This document shows positions 26,301 through 38,800 of a stretch of DNA of 64,000 nt, one piece after another. The notes under the pieces are model-generated. The model saw only the letters and a list, made by a program, of their open reading frames with translations, was not told the origin of the DNA and made no database searches. The DNA comes from Macrostomum lignano (Eukaryota), in NCBI GenBank assembly GCA_002269645.1, contig NIVC01000987.1, positions 32,496-96,495 on the forward strand, given 5' to 3'. The stretch's first letter is position 1; every line of letters begins with the position of its first letter. Both the position numbers and the translations under genes were made by a program.

Positions 26301-29300
26301 GAGAGAATTGGGATTATCGCGTCACCAGCAGCCTGGGGGCAAGAAAATGGAAAAGTGGAATGAAGGAAATGAAGGCGGCGGTATAGGCGGGGGGGGGGTC
26401 CAGTACACACTCACACACAAGATCGAGTGGTTCCGTATAACAGACAGGAAGGCTTATTAATAGAAGAAGTATACAGTATACTAGACGTCATGTGATACAT
26501 GTGTGTCATTTGGATCCGCTCCAATCTGCAAATGGGCTCCTCATAACCTTCGCTAAGTAATCCGTTTTGTTCGACATAGGGCTGGGATGAGGACAAGAAC
26601 AAGGAAAGGGCGAATCCAGCTGAGCGTGACGAAAAAATGCTGGCCTGCTGGGTTCGGGATGGAGCGAAGGCCCGGAAACCACTTTTTTTATTTGTCTTTT
26701 CTTATTTTATTTCAGATTTATTATTAAGGCTCTTATCTCGCTGCTTGCCTGTTGTCACTTTCACTCTGCCTTCTAGTCACTCTGTCTTCTAGTCACTCTG
26801 CCTTCTAGTCACTCTGTTTTCTAGTCACTCTGTTTTCTAGTCACTCTGTTTTCTAGTCACTCTGTTTTCTAGTCACTCTGTTTTCTAGTCACTCTGTTTT
26901 CTAGTCACTCTGTTTTCTAGTCACTCTGTTTTCTAGTCACTCTTTCTTCTAGTCACACTTTCTTCTAGTCACTCTGAATTCTAGTCACTCTGAATTCTAG
27001 TCACTCTGAATTCTAGTCACTCTGAATTCTAGTCACTCTTAAGTCTAGTCACTCTTAATTCTAGTCACTCTGAATTCTTGTCACTCTGAATTCTTGTCAC
27101 TCTGAATATTGTCACCCCGTCTCCCTATCGCCGCCTTCCCTTACTTGCATTTCTCTTTCTTCTTCTCTTCTTTCTCTCTCCACTCATCGCCCACACCGGC
27201 CCCCGGCAGAAGCCCCACTGCAGGCAAAGTGTTGACATAAATATGCAAAAAATCGATGAAGGAGGCTGAGGCAAAGACTTCCCTCCCGAAAAAAACGATT
27301 GCAAACTTAAGCGGCTGAAGTTTTTGTGCCGCACAGGCAGACATGCAAATCTCGTCTCAAGGCTGCTGTCGATTTGAAGCCCACATGAGATGGACTAATA
27401 AATAAATAGGGCCTCATCGATTTCCTGGAAAAAATTTGTTCATAAATCTGTTGAGAATTGTTTTGCTTTGATGTTTTTGCGTGTTATTGAGGTGCTTCTA
27501 TCGGTAGATATTGAAGTAGATGTACAGTTCTATTATTAAAAGTACATTTGTCTGTAGATATTGAAGTAGATGTACAGTTCTATTATTAAAAGTACATTTG
27601 TCTGTAGATATTGAAGTTGATATATAATTACCATATAGCTAGTATGTTTATCATAAACAATAGTTCGTATTAGGCCTTTCAGATTTATACTAATTATACA
27701 AGAGACAAACAGTTGTATAGACCATATTGTAATTTATGGTCCGTTAGATGCCCACTCTAATCATCATAGGCAATGTTACAGTGTAAAAATAACCATATCA
27801 TAATGAATAATGAGGTATAGAAAATACATTTGAATAATCCTTCAGTCAGCATTAGCAACAAAAAATATCGTTCACATGAACAACAGAAAGAGGCAGTCTA
27901 GCTGTAAATCTCATGGTTCGCATCGGATGTAAAGGGAATTAGTCTTGTCCTAAGCCATACATACAGGGCGTCAAGGACAAAACAGAAATTATTTACGACG
28001 GCAAAGGAAGTCACTGACTAAGGGATAAACTTTTCAATGAATTTTTCTGCATCGCTAGAATCGCAAGAACTCTAAAACCCTTGCACTTTTCGTCTAGTCA
28101 CTCTGTCTTGTAGTCACTCTGTCTTCTAGTCACTCTATCTTCTAGTCAGTCTGTCTCTTGTCACTCTATCTTCTAGTCACTCTATCTTGTAGTCACTCTG
28201 TCTTCTAGTCAGTCTGTCTCTTGTCACTCTATCTTCTAGTCACTCTGTCTTGTAGTCACTCTGTCTTGTAGTCACTCTGTCTTCTAGTCACTCTGTCTTC
28301 TAGTCACTCTGTCTTCTAGTCACTCTGAATTCTTGTCACTCTGTCTTCTAGTCATTCTGTTTTCTAGTCACTCTGTCTTCTAGTCACTCTATCTTCTAGT
28401 CAGTCTGTCTCTTGTCACTCTATCTTCTAGTCAGTCTGTCTCTTGTCACTCTATCTTCTAGTCACTCTGTCTTGTAGTCACTGTCTTCTAGTCACTCTGT
28501 CTTCTAGTCACTCTGTCTTCTTGTCACTCTTTCTTCTAATCAATCAGTCATTTAGTCACCAACCCCCATGGGCCAACCTCCAAGGCAGAGAGTGTAAAAG
28601 TGCGATTAGAAAGTCAGGAGGCTGCTGTACACCCTGCGTGAGCGTGTGTATGAGTGCTGTGCCTGCGTACAGTATTGGCGCGCTTGCATGGCTCAGGAGT
28701 CTGCGGAATGGCAGAATTGCCGTCAGCCCTGGTTGCGGGAGGATGTCGCCGACGCGGTTGCGCCAGGGCGCCCCAAAGCCCTCCGGCAAATATTTTTTTC
28801 TGGAATAGTGTTTGTCAAGGTTTCAAGTGTTTGACTAGAGCCTGTGGATGCAGAGTGAGAGAGTGAGAGAGAGAGTGAGGGGGGATGTAGTCATCCCTTG
28901 TCTTCAAACACGCAAGGTGTGCTCATGCGGCTCACCTCCGTGAGGACTGTTCTGTCTCGTGTAGTTCTGCAGCAGCCGATCGATAATGTTTTTCCTGCAA
29001 TGAGAATCGGCGGCAGGAATTGGTTTTTGTTTTTTTGGTATCGCCTTTTTTGAATGCTTGTGGAGCGTCGGTGTTTTTTAGCCCTAATCTATGTATTATT
29101 AAGCAGAGATGCTAATTTAGAATGCATTGCACGCCATCAAGACTGCACATTGTAGCATCAACTGTTTCCTTCTTTAAAGGAATAGAGAAGATTCTTGGAG
29201 ACTCTAATCTTCAAAGATGGCATCGAGCCTTCGAGGATGGCATCCATGCTGAAAAATATGGCATCTAGCCTTCAAAGATGGCATCCAAGCTTAAAAAATG

Positions 29301-30469
29301 GCATCGAGCCTTCAAAGATGGCATCCAAGCTTAAAAAATGGCATCTAGCCTTCAAAGATGGCATCCAAGCTTAAAAAATGGCATCGAGCCTTCAAAGATG
29401 GCATCCAAGCTTCAAAGATGGCATCCAAGCTTAAAAAATGGCATCGAGACTTCAAAGATAGCATCAAATCTTCAAAAATGGCATCCAATCTTCAAAGATG
29501 GTATCCAACCTTCAAAGATGGCATCCAACATTCAAAGATGGCATCCAATCTTCAAAAATGACATTCTAACTTCGAAAACTATTTCATGGACTAAAAATGC
29601 ACATGAAAGCTTGTAAACAGCTGCTACCATCTCATATTTAAAATGGCATCTACTTAATATTTAAGATAGACTGTCACTTATACATGAAAATAATACAACA
29701 GACAAAGCAAATCATGACTCACGCTTTGAGTCGCTGTTCAGAATCGGTGTCTGCGTCAGGTTCATCGCCAACCACCATAACGGACTGGCTGCCAGCAATG
29801 TGAATGTGCTGGTCCGAAGATGGGCTTAAATTATGAGTAGATAATACATAGATGTAAATTTTTATAGTACGACCTATTGGTTTAGCCGACAGTTGACCCA
29901 CAAGCCAGAAAGCAAGGCGGCTCTTGGTGGGCGCCCCTGTCTCTTGGTGGGCGCCCCTGTCTCTTGGTGGGCGCCCCTGTCTCTTGGTGGGCGCCCCTGT
30001 CTCTTGGTGGGCGGCCCTGTCTCTTGGTGGGCGCCACTGTCTCTTGGGTGGCGCCCCTGTCTCTTGGTGGGCGCCCCTGTCTCTTGGTGGGCGCCTCTGT
30101 CTCTACTTATCTCCTACTGGCGCTTCTGTCTCTTAGTTGGCGCCCCAGTCTCTTGGGTGGCGCCCCTGTCTTTTGGTAGGCGCCCCTGTTTCTTGGTAGG
30201 CGCCCCTGTCTCTTAGTTGGCGCCCCTGTCTCTTGGGTGGCGCCCCTGTAGCTTGGTAGGCGCCCCTTTCTCCTGGGCCGGTGGACGCCACATCCACGAG
30301 GTGGCGAAATTTGAGCTCCTGTCATTCACGAAGCTTGATTATCTCTCTTTGATAAAACTATTAGTCGAAGTAATCGGACTTACTTAGTATCTGCAACCGA
30401 CCAGACAGTGTTGCACGCCAATATTACAACAAGGATGAAGACTTTACGGGTGATTTTTAAAGATGGCAT
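20391..30469 (-). CDS. Cys-loop ligand-gated chloride channel subunit, glycine-receptor-like, 11 exons, 507 aa
   Basis: Exons 30384-30469, 29723-29824, 28936-28994, 24780-24847, 24531-24676, 23694-23783, 23476-23558, 22522-22721, 22333-22432, 21085-21425, 20391-20639; all GT-AG with consistent phases (1524 nt). Signal peptide, [11 protein letters not shown], Cys-loop [15 protein letters not shown], loop [13 protein letters not shown], anion filter [20 protein letters not shown]4 [21 protein letters not shown]. Confidence 0.95.
20675..20930. repeat. Degenerate 6-bp-based array (GATCCC/GACAGT) in the last channel intron
   Basis: Explains PDPDS/GSGL ORFs. Confidence 0.85.
21487..22190 (+). repeat. 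16-bp minisatellite GAGTGACTAGAAGACA (array 1)
   Basis: Tandem copies in channel intron 9. Confidence 0.95.
22750..23400. repeat. Purine-rich degenerate array (GGGTGAGAGTGAGAT)
   Basis: Tandem repetition with an internal block duplication. Confidence 0.9.
24048..24248 (-). repeat. 16-bp minisatellite, reverse orientation (array 2)
   Basis: TGTCTTCTAGTCACTC copies in channel intron 5. Confidence 0.9.
25600..26160. repeat. GA-rich low-complexity array (GAGAGAGTAGAT)
   Basis: Direct repetition. Confidence 0.85.
26757..27115 (-). repeat. 16-bp minisatellite, reverse orientation (array 3)
   Basis: CTAGTCACTCTGTTTT/CTGAATT copies in channel intron 3. Confidence 0.9.
28090..28535 (-). repeat. 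16-bp minisatellite, reverse orientation (array 4)
   Basis: CTAGTCACTCTGTCTT copies in channel intron 3. Confidence 0.9.
28560..28800 (+). mobile_element. Diverged copy of the local SINE body
   Basis: GGCTGCTGTACACC..GCGCGCTTG..CTCAGGAGTC.GCGGAATGG aligns by eye with 33055-33160. Confidence 0.55.
29210..29570. repeat. ~21-bp minisatellite (TTCAAAGATGGCATCCAAGC)
   Basis: Tandem repetition. Confidence 0.9.
29920..30275. repeat. 20-bp minisatellite (TCTCTTGGTGGGCGCCCCTG)
   Basis: Tandem repetition in channel intron 1. Confidence 0.9.
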
Positions 30470-31103
30470 GGCTGCTCAATGTTGATGCACCGATAATTAG
30501 CTAACGGAGCTGCCAATAAGCTGATCCTTCATCTGTAGGGCTGAGACTACCTTTAGTGTTGCCGAAATGATAGAATGAATGCTCAATGTCAGTGCTTCAA
30601 TTTCTACTCGCAGATATAACTTTAAAAAGACCTTTTTAAAAAGTCTTTCAGAGACGAGCCAATCGGAGACGGGTTTTGACTCAAAGCGACATGAATTTCT
30701 GCACCCAACCTCCCGCCGCGTACAAAATCGAATGTACACCCAGCCCTAATTGCAAATTTGACCAGAATCTAATAGATTTTCTGGCCTAGTGCATTACATA
30801 CTACTCATTTTACATTGGGGTCAGAGTAGTACTGTAGTAGCATGAACACTTGACTATAACTGTAGTGAACAACCCAAGTTTTTTACAGAAATTCGTAGGT
30901 CTGTGGGGTTCGCACAGATACGTGCGGTGAGGATACACTGCGATTCATTCTAAAAACGACTAAATGTTTATGTATTACAAGTGATTAGGTCGAAGAGTTA
31001 TCTGGACTGACCATGGAATTTCCGTGGAGTAAGACCCGTGCAATGTACATTATATTCGATTCTGGACTGAGTTAGTCTTCCGGTTGACCCACCCTCACAC
31101 GTA

Positions 31104-31460
31104 TTTTTTTTTATTAGAGGCAGGGGGGTTGTGTGCACCCTGGCGCACTTTAAGCGACATAGGCACACAACCGGCGAGAGGCATTACTGCCCATTCCACC
31201 GACTCCCCTGAGCAGGCATACAAGCGCGCGGATACGTACGCAGGCACACACTCACACAGGAGTGTACAGCGGCCCTAACTTTATTTTATCGTTAGGCATG
31301 TACACTTCACTGCGCCTTGGGGGGTTTGGCTCTCAAGGCCGTTAATTGCACGAGCAGAGCCAAGCCGAGATTCCAATTCAGCCCAAAATTAATGTGACTG
31401 CACTTGGAATCGAGCCTAAGTCGCTGGCACACCAGACAGCTGCGCTACCGTGGGCCACGG
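31104..31460 (-). mobile_element. tRNA-derived SINE, near full length, head fused to the NHL pseudogene
   Basis: Reverse complement of the 32869-33226 family; poly(A) tail at 31104-31112; head CCGTGGCCCACGGTAG..GGCTCGATTCC. Confidence 0.85.
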
Positions 31461-32635
31461 TGGAGGCTGCAGGCGACATGGCGGAGCTGCTTCGCCTGGT
31501 CCAGTCCATGCACGAATCGCTTGGAGACTTGGAGGCCGACTTTGAGAGGTCAGAGCGCCTGCTCAGAGACCAGAGCGACAATGAGGAGCTGCAGCTGCGG
31601 CTTCTGGGCCAGCTCGAGCGGTTGGTCGGCATTTGTGCGGGACGCAGTGAAGAGGGCGACTGGTCGAGAGACGCTGCGGTGACCGCAACATCCGAGGAGA
31701 TAGACAGAGATATAGCCGCTGAGAGAGAGAGAATGTTGGGGCCGATGGTTTTCAGTCATGAGGTGAAGCTGGATGGCCCTGTTAATTGGCTGGCTGTGTG
31801 CAGCGACACCAGCGGATTCGTTGGTGACCGCTCAGGCCGTGTGGTCCCCGCCGACTCAGTGAGAGAACGCAGAAAAGCACTGCATCATCCCTGCATCTTT
31901 GCATCATTCTATCCGAACAGAGACCACCTACTGGTGCTGTCTGTGGACGGCTCAAAGAAGTTGCGGTGCCAATGCGACATCGACTGGAAGAAGCACATAT
32001 GGAGCCTTCACTGCGACCGTCAGCTGCTGTTCATTGCTCAGCATGACGCAGTGACAGTGACGGATCTGAGCGGTCGCGCGGTGCGTCGTGTCTTCCACCA
32101 CATTGAGGGCTTTTGTGACATCAGGGGAATCGGCAGCAACGTACTTTCCCTGTTTGTGTCCAGTGGAAACAAAATTGCTGCACTCAGCAAAGCGACTTGG
32201 TAGATGGAGACGGTCATCACGCTGTCTCAGCTTCCTGATGCTCGATTGGGCAACTTGGCGACTCACGACAACTGCATTCTGGTGACAGAATTGACGCATA
32301 GTCATGTACACAGAGTGAGCATCGACACCCAACAGCTGGTCGCCTCCTTCCCGACTCAGCGTTCCGGCCTCCACCAGTTTGCTGGTACAGTGGATGTGGC
32401 CGTCGACAGAAGAGGCCGCCTCTTCGTGAGTGATTGGTCGCGTCATTCAGTGCGAGCGGTGGCTGCAAACGACGGGTCGTTGCTGTGGACTCTGGGGACT
32501 CCGGGCGAGAGCGACAGAGGTGACGGAGGATTCACGTATCCATTGGGTCTGGCGATGGTGACGGGAGGTCCGCGTGAGCAGCTGGTGGTGGCTGACAGTT
32601 ACAACAGGAGACTACAGGTGTTCAGTGCATCCTGA
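31453..32635 (+). pseudogene. 5'-deleted coiled-coil/NHL-propeller pseudogene (copy C)
   Basis: Collinear with copies A/B from EAAGDMAELL onward; lacks the Zn finger and first coil; TGG TAG ATG at 32198-32206 where A and B have TGG CAG ATG. Confidence 0.9.
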
Positions 32636-32868
32636 TTTCATTCTCAGGCCGAATAATAATCGAACTGTGGGGTTTCTGGGAGTGGTTGATTTAATTCAAT
32701 TGTAGGCTGAATCTTTCTTTTGGCTCTTTTTCCTATTTTAGATTTCTTCAGATTCAATGGCTGTGCTTGTCCAATAAAGATCGATATTTCTATGGTCAAT
32801 ATATTTAGAATTTGTCATTTATTGAAATGAAGTACATTATAACCTTCAGCTGCATAAGTCGTAGCTAC

Positions 32869-33226
32869 GGGGCCGTAGCCCAGCGGTCTAGCGCAGCGCT
32901 CCGAAGTGCCAGCGGCCCAGGCTCGATTCCAAGTGCAGTCACATTAATTTGGGGCTGAATTGGAATCTCGGCTTGGCTCTGCTCGTGCAATTAACGGCCT
33001 TAAAGGCCAACCCCAAGGCGCAGTGAAGTGTACATGCCTAACGATATAAATAAAGTTAGGGCCGCTGTACACTCCTGTGCGTATGACTGCATACGTATCC
33101 GCGCGCTTGTGTGCCTGCTCAGGGGAGTCGGCGGAATGGGCTGCAATGCCTCTCGCCGGTTGTGTCACAATGTCGCTTAAAGTGCGCCTGGGTGCACACA
33201 GCCCCTATCTCTAATAATCATAAAAA
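32869..33226 (+). mobile_element. tRNA-derived SINE, full length
   Basis: Head GGGGCCGTAGCCCAGCGG (A box)..GGCTCGATTCC (B box), ~350 bp, A-rich tail, probable TSD TCGT(A/T)GCTA. Confidence 0.85.
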
Positions 33227-33384
33227 TTCGTTGCTAAACTTATTACAGCTTTGTCTAAGAACATCAGTTTTCCTGGAAAGTTGCAACCTTCTCGATTAAG
33301 TGTTCATGCAAAACTTTATTACTGTACATCAAAACCCTCTCAAGCATATACTTTGACTTCCGGTTGGGCTAACCTTAAAGTTCT

Positions 33385-33715
33385 GAGAATCTGGGATCGG
33401 GATCTGAGATGTGTATCTGGAATGGGGATCTGAGATGTGTATCTGGAATGGGGATCTGAGATGTGTATCTGGAATGGGGATCTGAGATGTGTATCTGGAA
33501 TGGGGATCTGGGATGGGATCTGAAATGGGGATTCGGAATGGGGATTTGGGATGGGGATCTGGAATGGGGATCTGGGATGGGGATCTGGGATGGGGATCTG
33601 GGATGGGGATCTGGGATGGGGATCTGGGATGGGATCTGAAATGGGGATTCGGAATGGGGATTTGAGATGGGGATCTAGGATGAGGATCTGGGAAGGGGAT
33701 CTTGAATGAGGATTT
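33385..33715. repeat. 13/26-bp minisatellite (GGGATCTGAGATGTGTATCTGGAATG / GGGGATCTGGGAT)
   Basis: Tandem repetition. Confidence 0.9.
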
Positions 33716-34547
33716 AGAATTTCTTTACATAATTGTGCAGTTTTAATTGTGCTTCGGTTTTCCTGAACAAATACTAACAAAAGGAGAACCTCGCGTCAAA
33801 GGACTTTCCACCGGTGGTTCAGTTGTCTCTTGCGATTAGTTCGTCAAGCAATCAGTTAGCTAAGTTTAAGAGTTCTCAGGACAGCCCATGTAATTTCCAT
33901 GAAAGTGAACCTGTACTATGCACATTGCATATAAGACTTTTTTGTGAGCTATCTTCTTTTCACGCGCATTTAACATGGGATTAAGTGAGTTTGAAGTATA
34001 GCAAAGCATCTGAAAGTTGGTTACTAAAATATCTGGAAATGAATAACGGAATAAGCGACGATTCAGTTTACTGTAGGTTCTCAGCATGTATAATTTTTTT
34101 AGCTAATGACAAAAATCTTCGCGAATGAATACAGATCTGCTGTACAGTGGACAGATATTGAAATTAATACAACATTTTCATAACAATTTCCGTCTTTCCG
34201 ATTGTCAATAGACGTCGCTAGCTAATATGTCAGTCTTTTATACTACACTAATATATAAACGCTGTTATACGTCTGCAAAACGTCGGTTAAATATAAAAGT
34301 ACCCATTTCCCAGCGACGCTGTATCGGCTTCAGATAGCTTAGGCTTGAGGGTCTCCAATTATAACGGTCTTGCTATATGCATCTAGCTAGTATCAACAAC
34401 TGAAAACACGCTGAGTACGTAATCGAATGCAGTTGCAAAACGGTATCAGCTCGTGAATTTTGCTGAGAACTTTGAACTGCAGCAGTAAACGTTACAACAG
34501 TTAATTTACTTTACTTTAATTTTCAGAGACATATCCTTCACAATCGC

Positions 34548-35486
34548 TCAGTTGAACAGCCGGTTGATGACGTCGGCGGTCAGGTAGAAGTTGTACACGG
34601 CCAGCATCTTCACGGTGCCGTTTATTTTGAAGTTCGAGCCAGTCAGGTCGCGCCAGCTGATCTTCATGCAGAAGTTGTCTATTTTGGCAAATTTGACGTT
34701 GTAGAGAGACACTTGGTTGCCGGGAATAAAAGAACCGTCAACGAACAGACAGGTCCTGTTCATGATCATTAGCAGCTCCTGGTTAATGGATAACAAGTTC
34801 CGGTGTCCGGTTTGAATGTAGAGCTTGCGAGTCACCTTGGGTAGGTCCCATTCCCAGAATTGAAGCTGCAGTCGGTGAGCTCAATGAAAGCACTTATCTA
34901 CGGCTGCCTCTTCAGCTCCATCAGAAACGTGAAGCTGTTTTCTTAAATTCAAACCCGGCGGTGTCGTCCACCCACATCCTGGATGTCAGGCCGTCCATCT
35001 TGGCGCCCTCGTCAGTCCAAGTCACTCCGGTGTGCTGGACGGCGTTCTTCTGTCCGCCATCGCTGCACACGAGGTTCTCGAGTTGCTCGCCTCTGCCTCC
35101 GAGCCACACGGCGGCAAAGTGCCGATTGGCGGTGAGCACGTCAAGCTCTGAGTCCACAACGAGCTTGAACGAATTGGCCTCGTCTGACGGACCATCAGCG
35201 GGGCTGCTCAGGTTGAACAGGTGGTAGACTCGGCTGAAGAGAAACAGCGAACAGGTGGCAGTTCGCGAGCTGAACTGGGCCACCGATTGGCTGAAAGCTT
35301 CTGCAGACGACTCAGAAAGATGCACTGCAGAATGGAGACGGCCGGCTTAGGGAGGGTCCACTCGGACAAAGACTTGTTGAGGCAGGTGCTCTGGAGGACC
35401 GGGTAGCGATCTCCGGAAATTGAGGCTTCAGAGGTGCAGAGCAGAACGGACGCAAGAGACACCAGTAGAATCTGGTGAAGAGCCAT
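34548..35486 (-). pseudogene. Degraded intronless secreted-protein gene: signal peptide + PAN/apple-like Cys motif + LamG/ConA-like domain
   Basis: MALHQILLVSLASVLLCTSEA signal peptide; SILQC...TATCSLF; C-terminal SFTFLMELK..RKLYIQTGH..TCLFVDG..KMLAVYNFYLTADVINRLFN. Reading it through needs frame changes near 35320, 34940 and 34880 plus an in-frame TAG. Domain names are from motif resemblance only. Confidence 0.55.
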
Positions 35487-35804
35487 TTAATTGTATTGTC
35501 TTTTGTTGAAGTTTATAATTTGCTGAGTTGATTTGTAAGTATCCAATGATTTTCTGCTGATTTATTTGCAAGAGGAGGAGAATTCATCCAGACACTTGCT
35601 CACAATTTATATTTTTTGCTATAGTGCATTTTTCAATGCTTTAATGGGAAGAGAAATGAAAATGAAGACTGTTTTATTGGTCTTGGAATTTCATGGCTTG
35701 GCCTCTCAGCTCATGGACGTTTAAATACTTGTATCCTCATGTGGACAATGCAGCTGCTTAGGGCTAACCTTCAGTGTCCTAGATAGTCCTAAGTGCTTAC
35801 TGAC

Positions 35805-38800
35805 CACACATGTCTTGAAGCCCTTTAAAGGTGAAAATAAAGTCAGCCTGAAATGACAATAATTTACACACTCATCTGGACCTTAGCACAACATATGTGC
35901 AATTTCAAAAAAATCTCCCGAGCTATCTCTGATTTACAGCACTTTATTACCATATGACCTAATTACTATTGGTTTTCAATATGCGTGATGCAAAAAATGA
36001 GTTTCTACAAGAGTTTGTGAAATTTGAAAAAATGATCCTAAAACAAGTCAGAAACTTTTCATTATAATTCATAGGTATGCCATCACCTTACAAAGTCCAA
36101 AGTATAAAGTATAAATTGAAACATCAATGAATAATTGTGACTAAATGTAACAAAAAACAGCATAAACACTCGTACAGTACAGAGAATGCTACATAAAAGT
36201 GGACAAAGAAGCATTGCGCAAAATTGTGCGTGAGTGATGCAAGGCATGGAGAGAATATTATCCCAGATATTTTTCTATCGCTTGCTTTTGAGTTGTAGCT
36301 ATTATTCCCTCCTCATACGTAGCTACCATCTCATTGGCTGTGAGCCTGTAAATTTGCTGCACAGCTCTCGTATTCATGCCATTTTGGCCCTTGGAACCAT
36401 AGGCATATCCTTCTATTAAATACTGCTGAGTTTTCAAAGGAAGCTATTCCCTTTCCATGATGATAGGTAAGAACAAGGACTTCTGCGATATAAGTTTACC
36501 ATAGAAAGAATTAAATTAAGGTTTCCACCAGCTACCTAATGTATTCCTATCATTAATTCAATAATAAATAAAAGAAAAAATAACTTTAGGGTCCTATCGG
36601 GATAAGAGAATAGCTAGCGATCCTCTAGTCTCTTTTAGATTTCATTTTCTAGTCAACTAACTATCTCTATGCATGCATTGCAAAGCTAGAATGGAATTTT
36701 GAAATGCGGACATTGTATTTCGGTGGGTTGAATGGGTAAGATAACACGCTTTTTGAAAGATTCCAATTATTTACTTCCTGTTTATGTTCTGTTTAATTTC
36801 GCTTTCCAGTCTACAGGGTCTGACTAAGAACTATTTGTTCATCCCAATAAAGAGAAATGTATAATCCTAATTCGCAGTCTTGATTGATTTAGCTAGTTCA
36901 CATTTTGTTTAGGCATGACGAGAGCAGTATGCAACAACACACTTGCGCAGTCGATCTGGATACGATGGATGATGAAAATCAATCCGAAAGTCTTGCCACA
37001 TGCTGCTGAAATCGTGGTGTGCAGTCTCAACCACCTGCTCAGACCAGAAACCAAGTCCCTTCTTGGGTTCTCCAGCTAGATTGGACATGTTCAAAAACTG
37101 GACAACGTGGTCAATAACAGCGTGGACTTTCGGGGTGACGCGGATTCCAAGATCGATATAGGCTTGTTCGAATGCCCGGACTCGATTCTCAAAGTCTCCA
37201 CACACACTCATACCAAAGCACGAAGCCTTCACATCGCGGAAGCAGCGTAGGGCATGAGCTACAGGCATTGCCGAAAACACATTGTGCTGAGCCAGCATTG
37301 CAATCAAAATGTCGACGCCATTTAGAAGACACTCGCAGGCGTTTCCGGCAAAGTTCCCACCGTTCTGCAATGGTCGTCGAAGGCCAAGCTGCTGTAGCCA
37401 GTCATCGGTGCTTATCTGACAGTCTTCGAGTCCTCGCAGTTGAGTTTCCAGTTCTTCGAATAGTCGATTGGTCACGCCAAGCAAGAGATGCAGCCCCATT
37501 GGTGGAATGGCCTGGAGCACCATCGTGCTGTCTGGAACTTCGAGCAGAGGAGGACGCACACAGTTTTTGAAAGCAGCAGCAGACACGTTGCGCGGCGCTT
37601 TTTCTTCTACAGTGCGCTGGTACTCAAATGCCTGTAGCCGAATACCGCCGATCGATCTCAACACGTTCGTGCGGTCTGGATTAGAAAAATCGATCCTGGC
37701 AGTCTCACACCAAGGGCAGGGATGGGTGCTGCTGCAGCACTGAAGTCCCAGGATCGCATTCGAAATTTTCATATCAACTGCTGCACAGAATGAAAATCCT
37801 TGCAAATTAAGAAGATTCAGGATCTGCTGCAGATTATCGTAGGACTCGGAAACAGATTCGGCAATGGCAAGCAGGAGCAGTTTACGGACTCCTCCATCCT
37901 CAAAATGGAAACGGCATGCGCCTTCTGCGTACGTGCTGCGACTTCCGGTAGGTTGATCTTTTAAACCTTGAGCAGACACAATGCTAACACAAAACTTCAA
38001 GAAGCCGCCTCCACTGTCGATGCCAACTTTAATCAATGCGCCGTCATCTGCACTGACCTGACGACGTGCCATCACTCTGTCAATCAGAGCCAGAGGATCA
38101 GTGCAGAATACAATGCTGCGCATTTCCCTTTTTCCTTTGGCACAGTCCATCTCTAGGTTAGTCAACTCAAACAAATCATCTAGAGCAGAGTCGATGGCGC
38201 TCAGTTTGCTGCGCAAATTTGGCTCAATGCTCTTGCGTCCTTTCCATGCTCGAAAAAATTGGGCGGCCAACTTAGTTTGCCGACCGCTCAAACACAGCGT
38301 CTGCTGGAATCGGCTGAATTCCTCTGCTGGTACGGCGCAGCCACCTCTCATTGATGTAGAACTACCAGCCCGTTGCCCAACACACACTGTAAGATCACGA
38401 CCTCTAGTTGCCAATTGAAATCTAGAGTTTGAGCCGGTGGAAGCAGCCTTAGCTTTGATCACGTCACTTGCGTGGATTTCGGCACCTCGACGGTCTAGCG
38501 ACAACTTACTGAATAGATTTTCTCGTCGCTGTGTTTGCGTGCAGTAGTGAGGCAAACCTCTGCCAACCATTGAGTGGCAGCGCTGGCAGATGACAACAGG
38601 TTGTGCCGGTGGCAGACCATGATCTGGATCCGAACACGCGGGTCGTCCAAGCGAATGTGGCTCTGGTTTCCATTTTCCCAGTCCTTTCCCAATCGGGTTG
38701 AACCGGGCAGTCTCACATATTTTGCAAGCACAACTGCTGGACTGTCGCGTAATCTTTGTTGGGCTCACCTTTACGACCTCAGAGGAGTTCGGCAAAACAT

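Noticed and set aside
32201-32203. Programmed stop read-through in NHL copy C
   Set aside because: A single CAG>TAG change in a copy that has also lost its 5' third; pseudogenisation is simpler.
32869-32941. tRNA gene
   Set aside because: A and B boxes are present but there is no 3' acceptor-stem complement, and it continues into a repeated body and A-tail, so it is a SINE head.
31104-33226. Composite transposon formed by two inverted SINEs carrying the NHL fragment
   Set aside because: No shared outer TSD; the right SINE has its own probable TSD, and the left junction is explained by microhomology deletion.
36260-36500. Second gene inside the Chapaev element
   Set aside because: Two minus-strand frames are open for ~50-60 codons, but there is no start or splice model and no recognisable motif.
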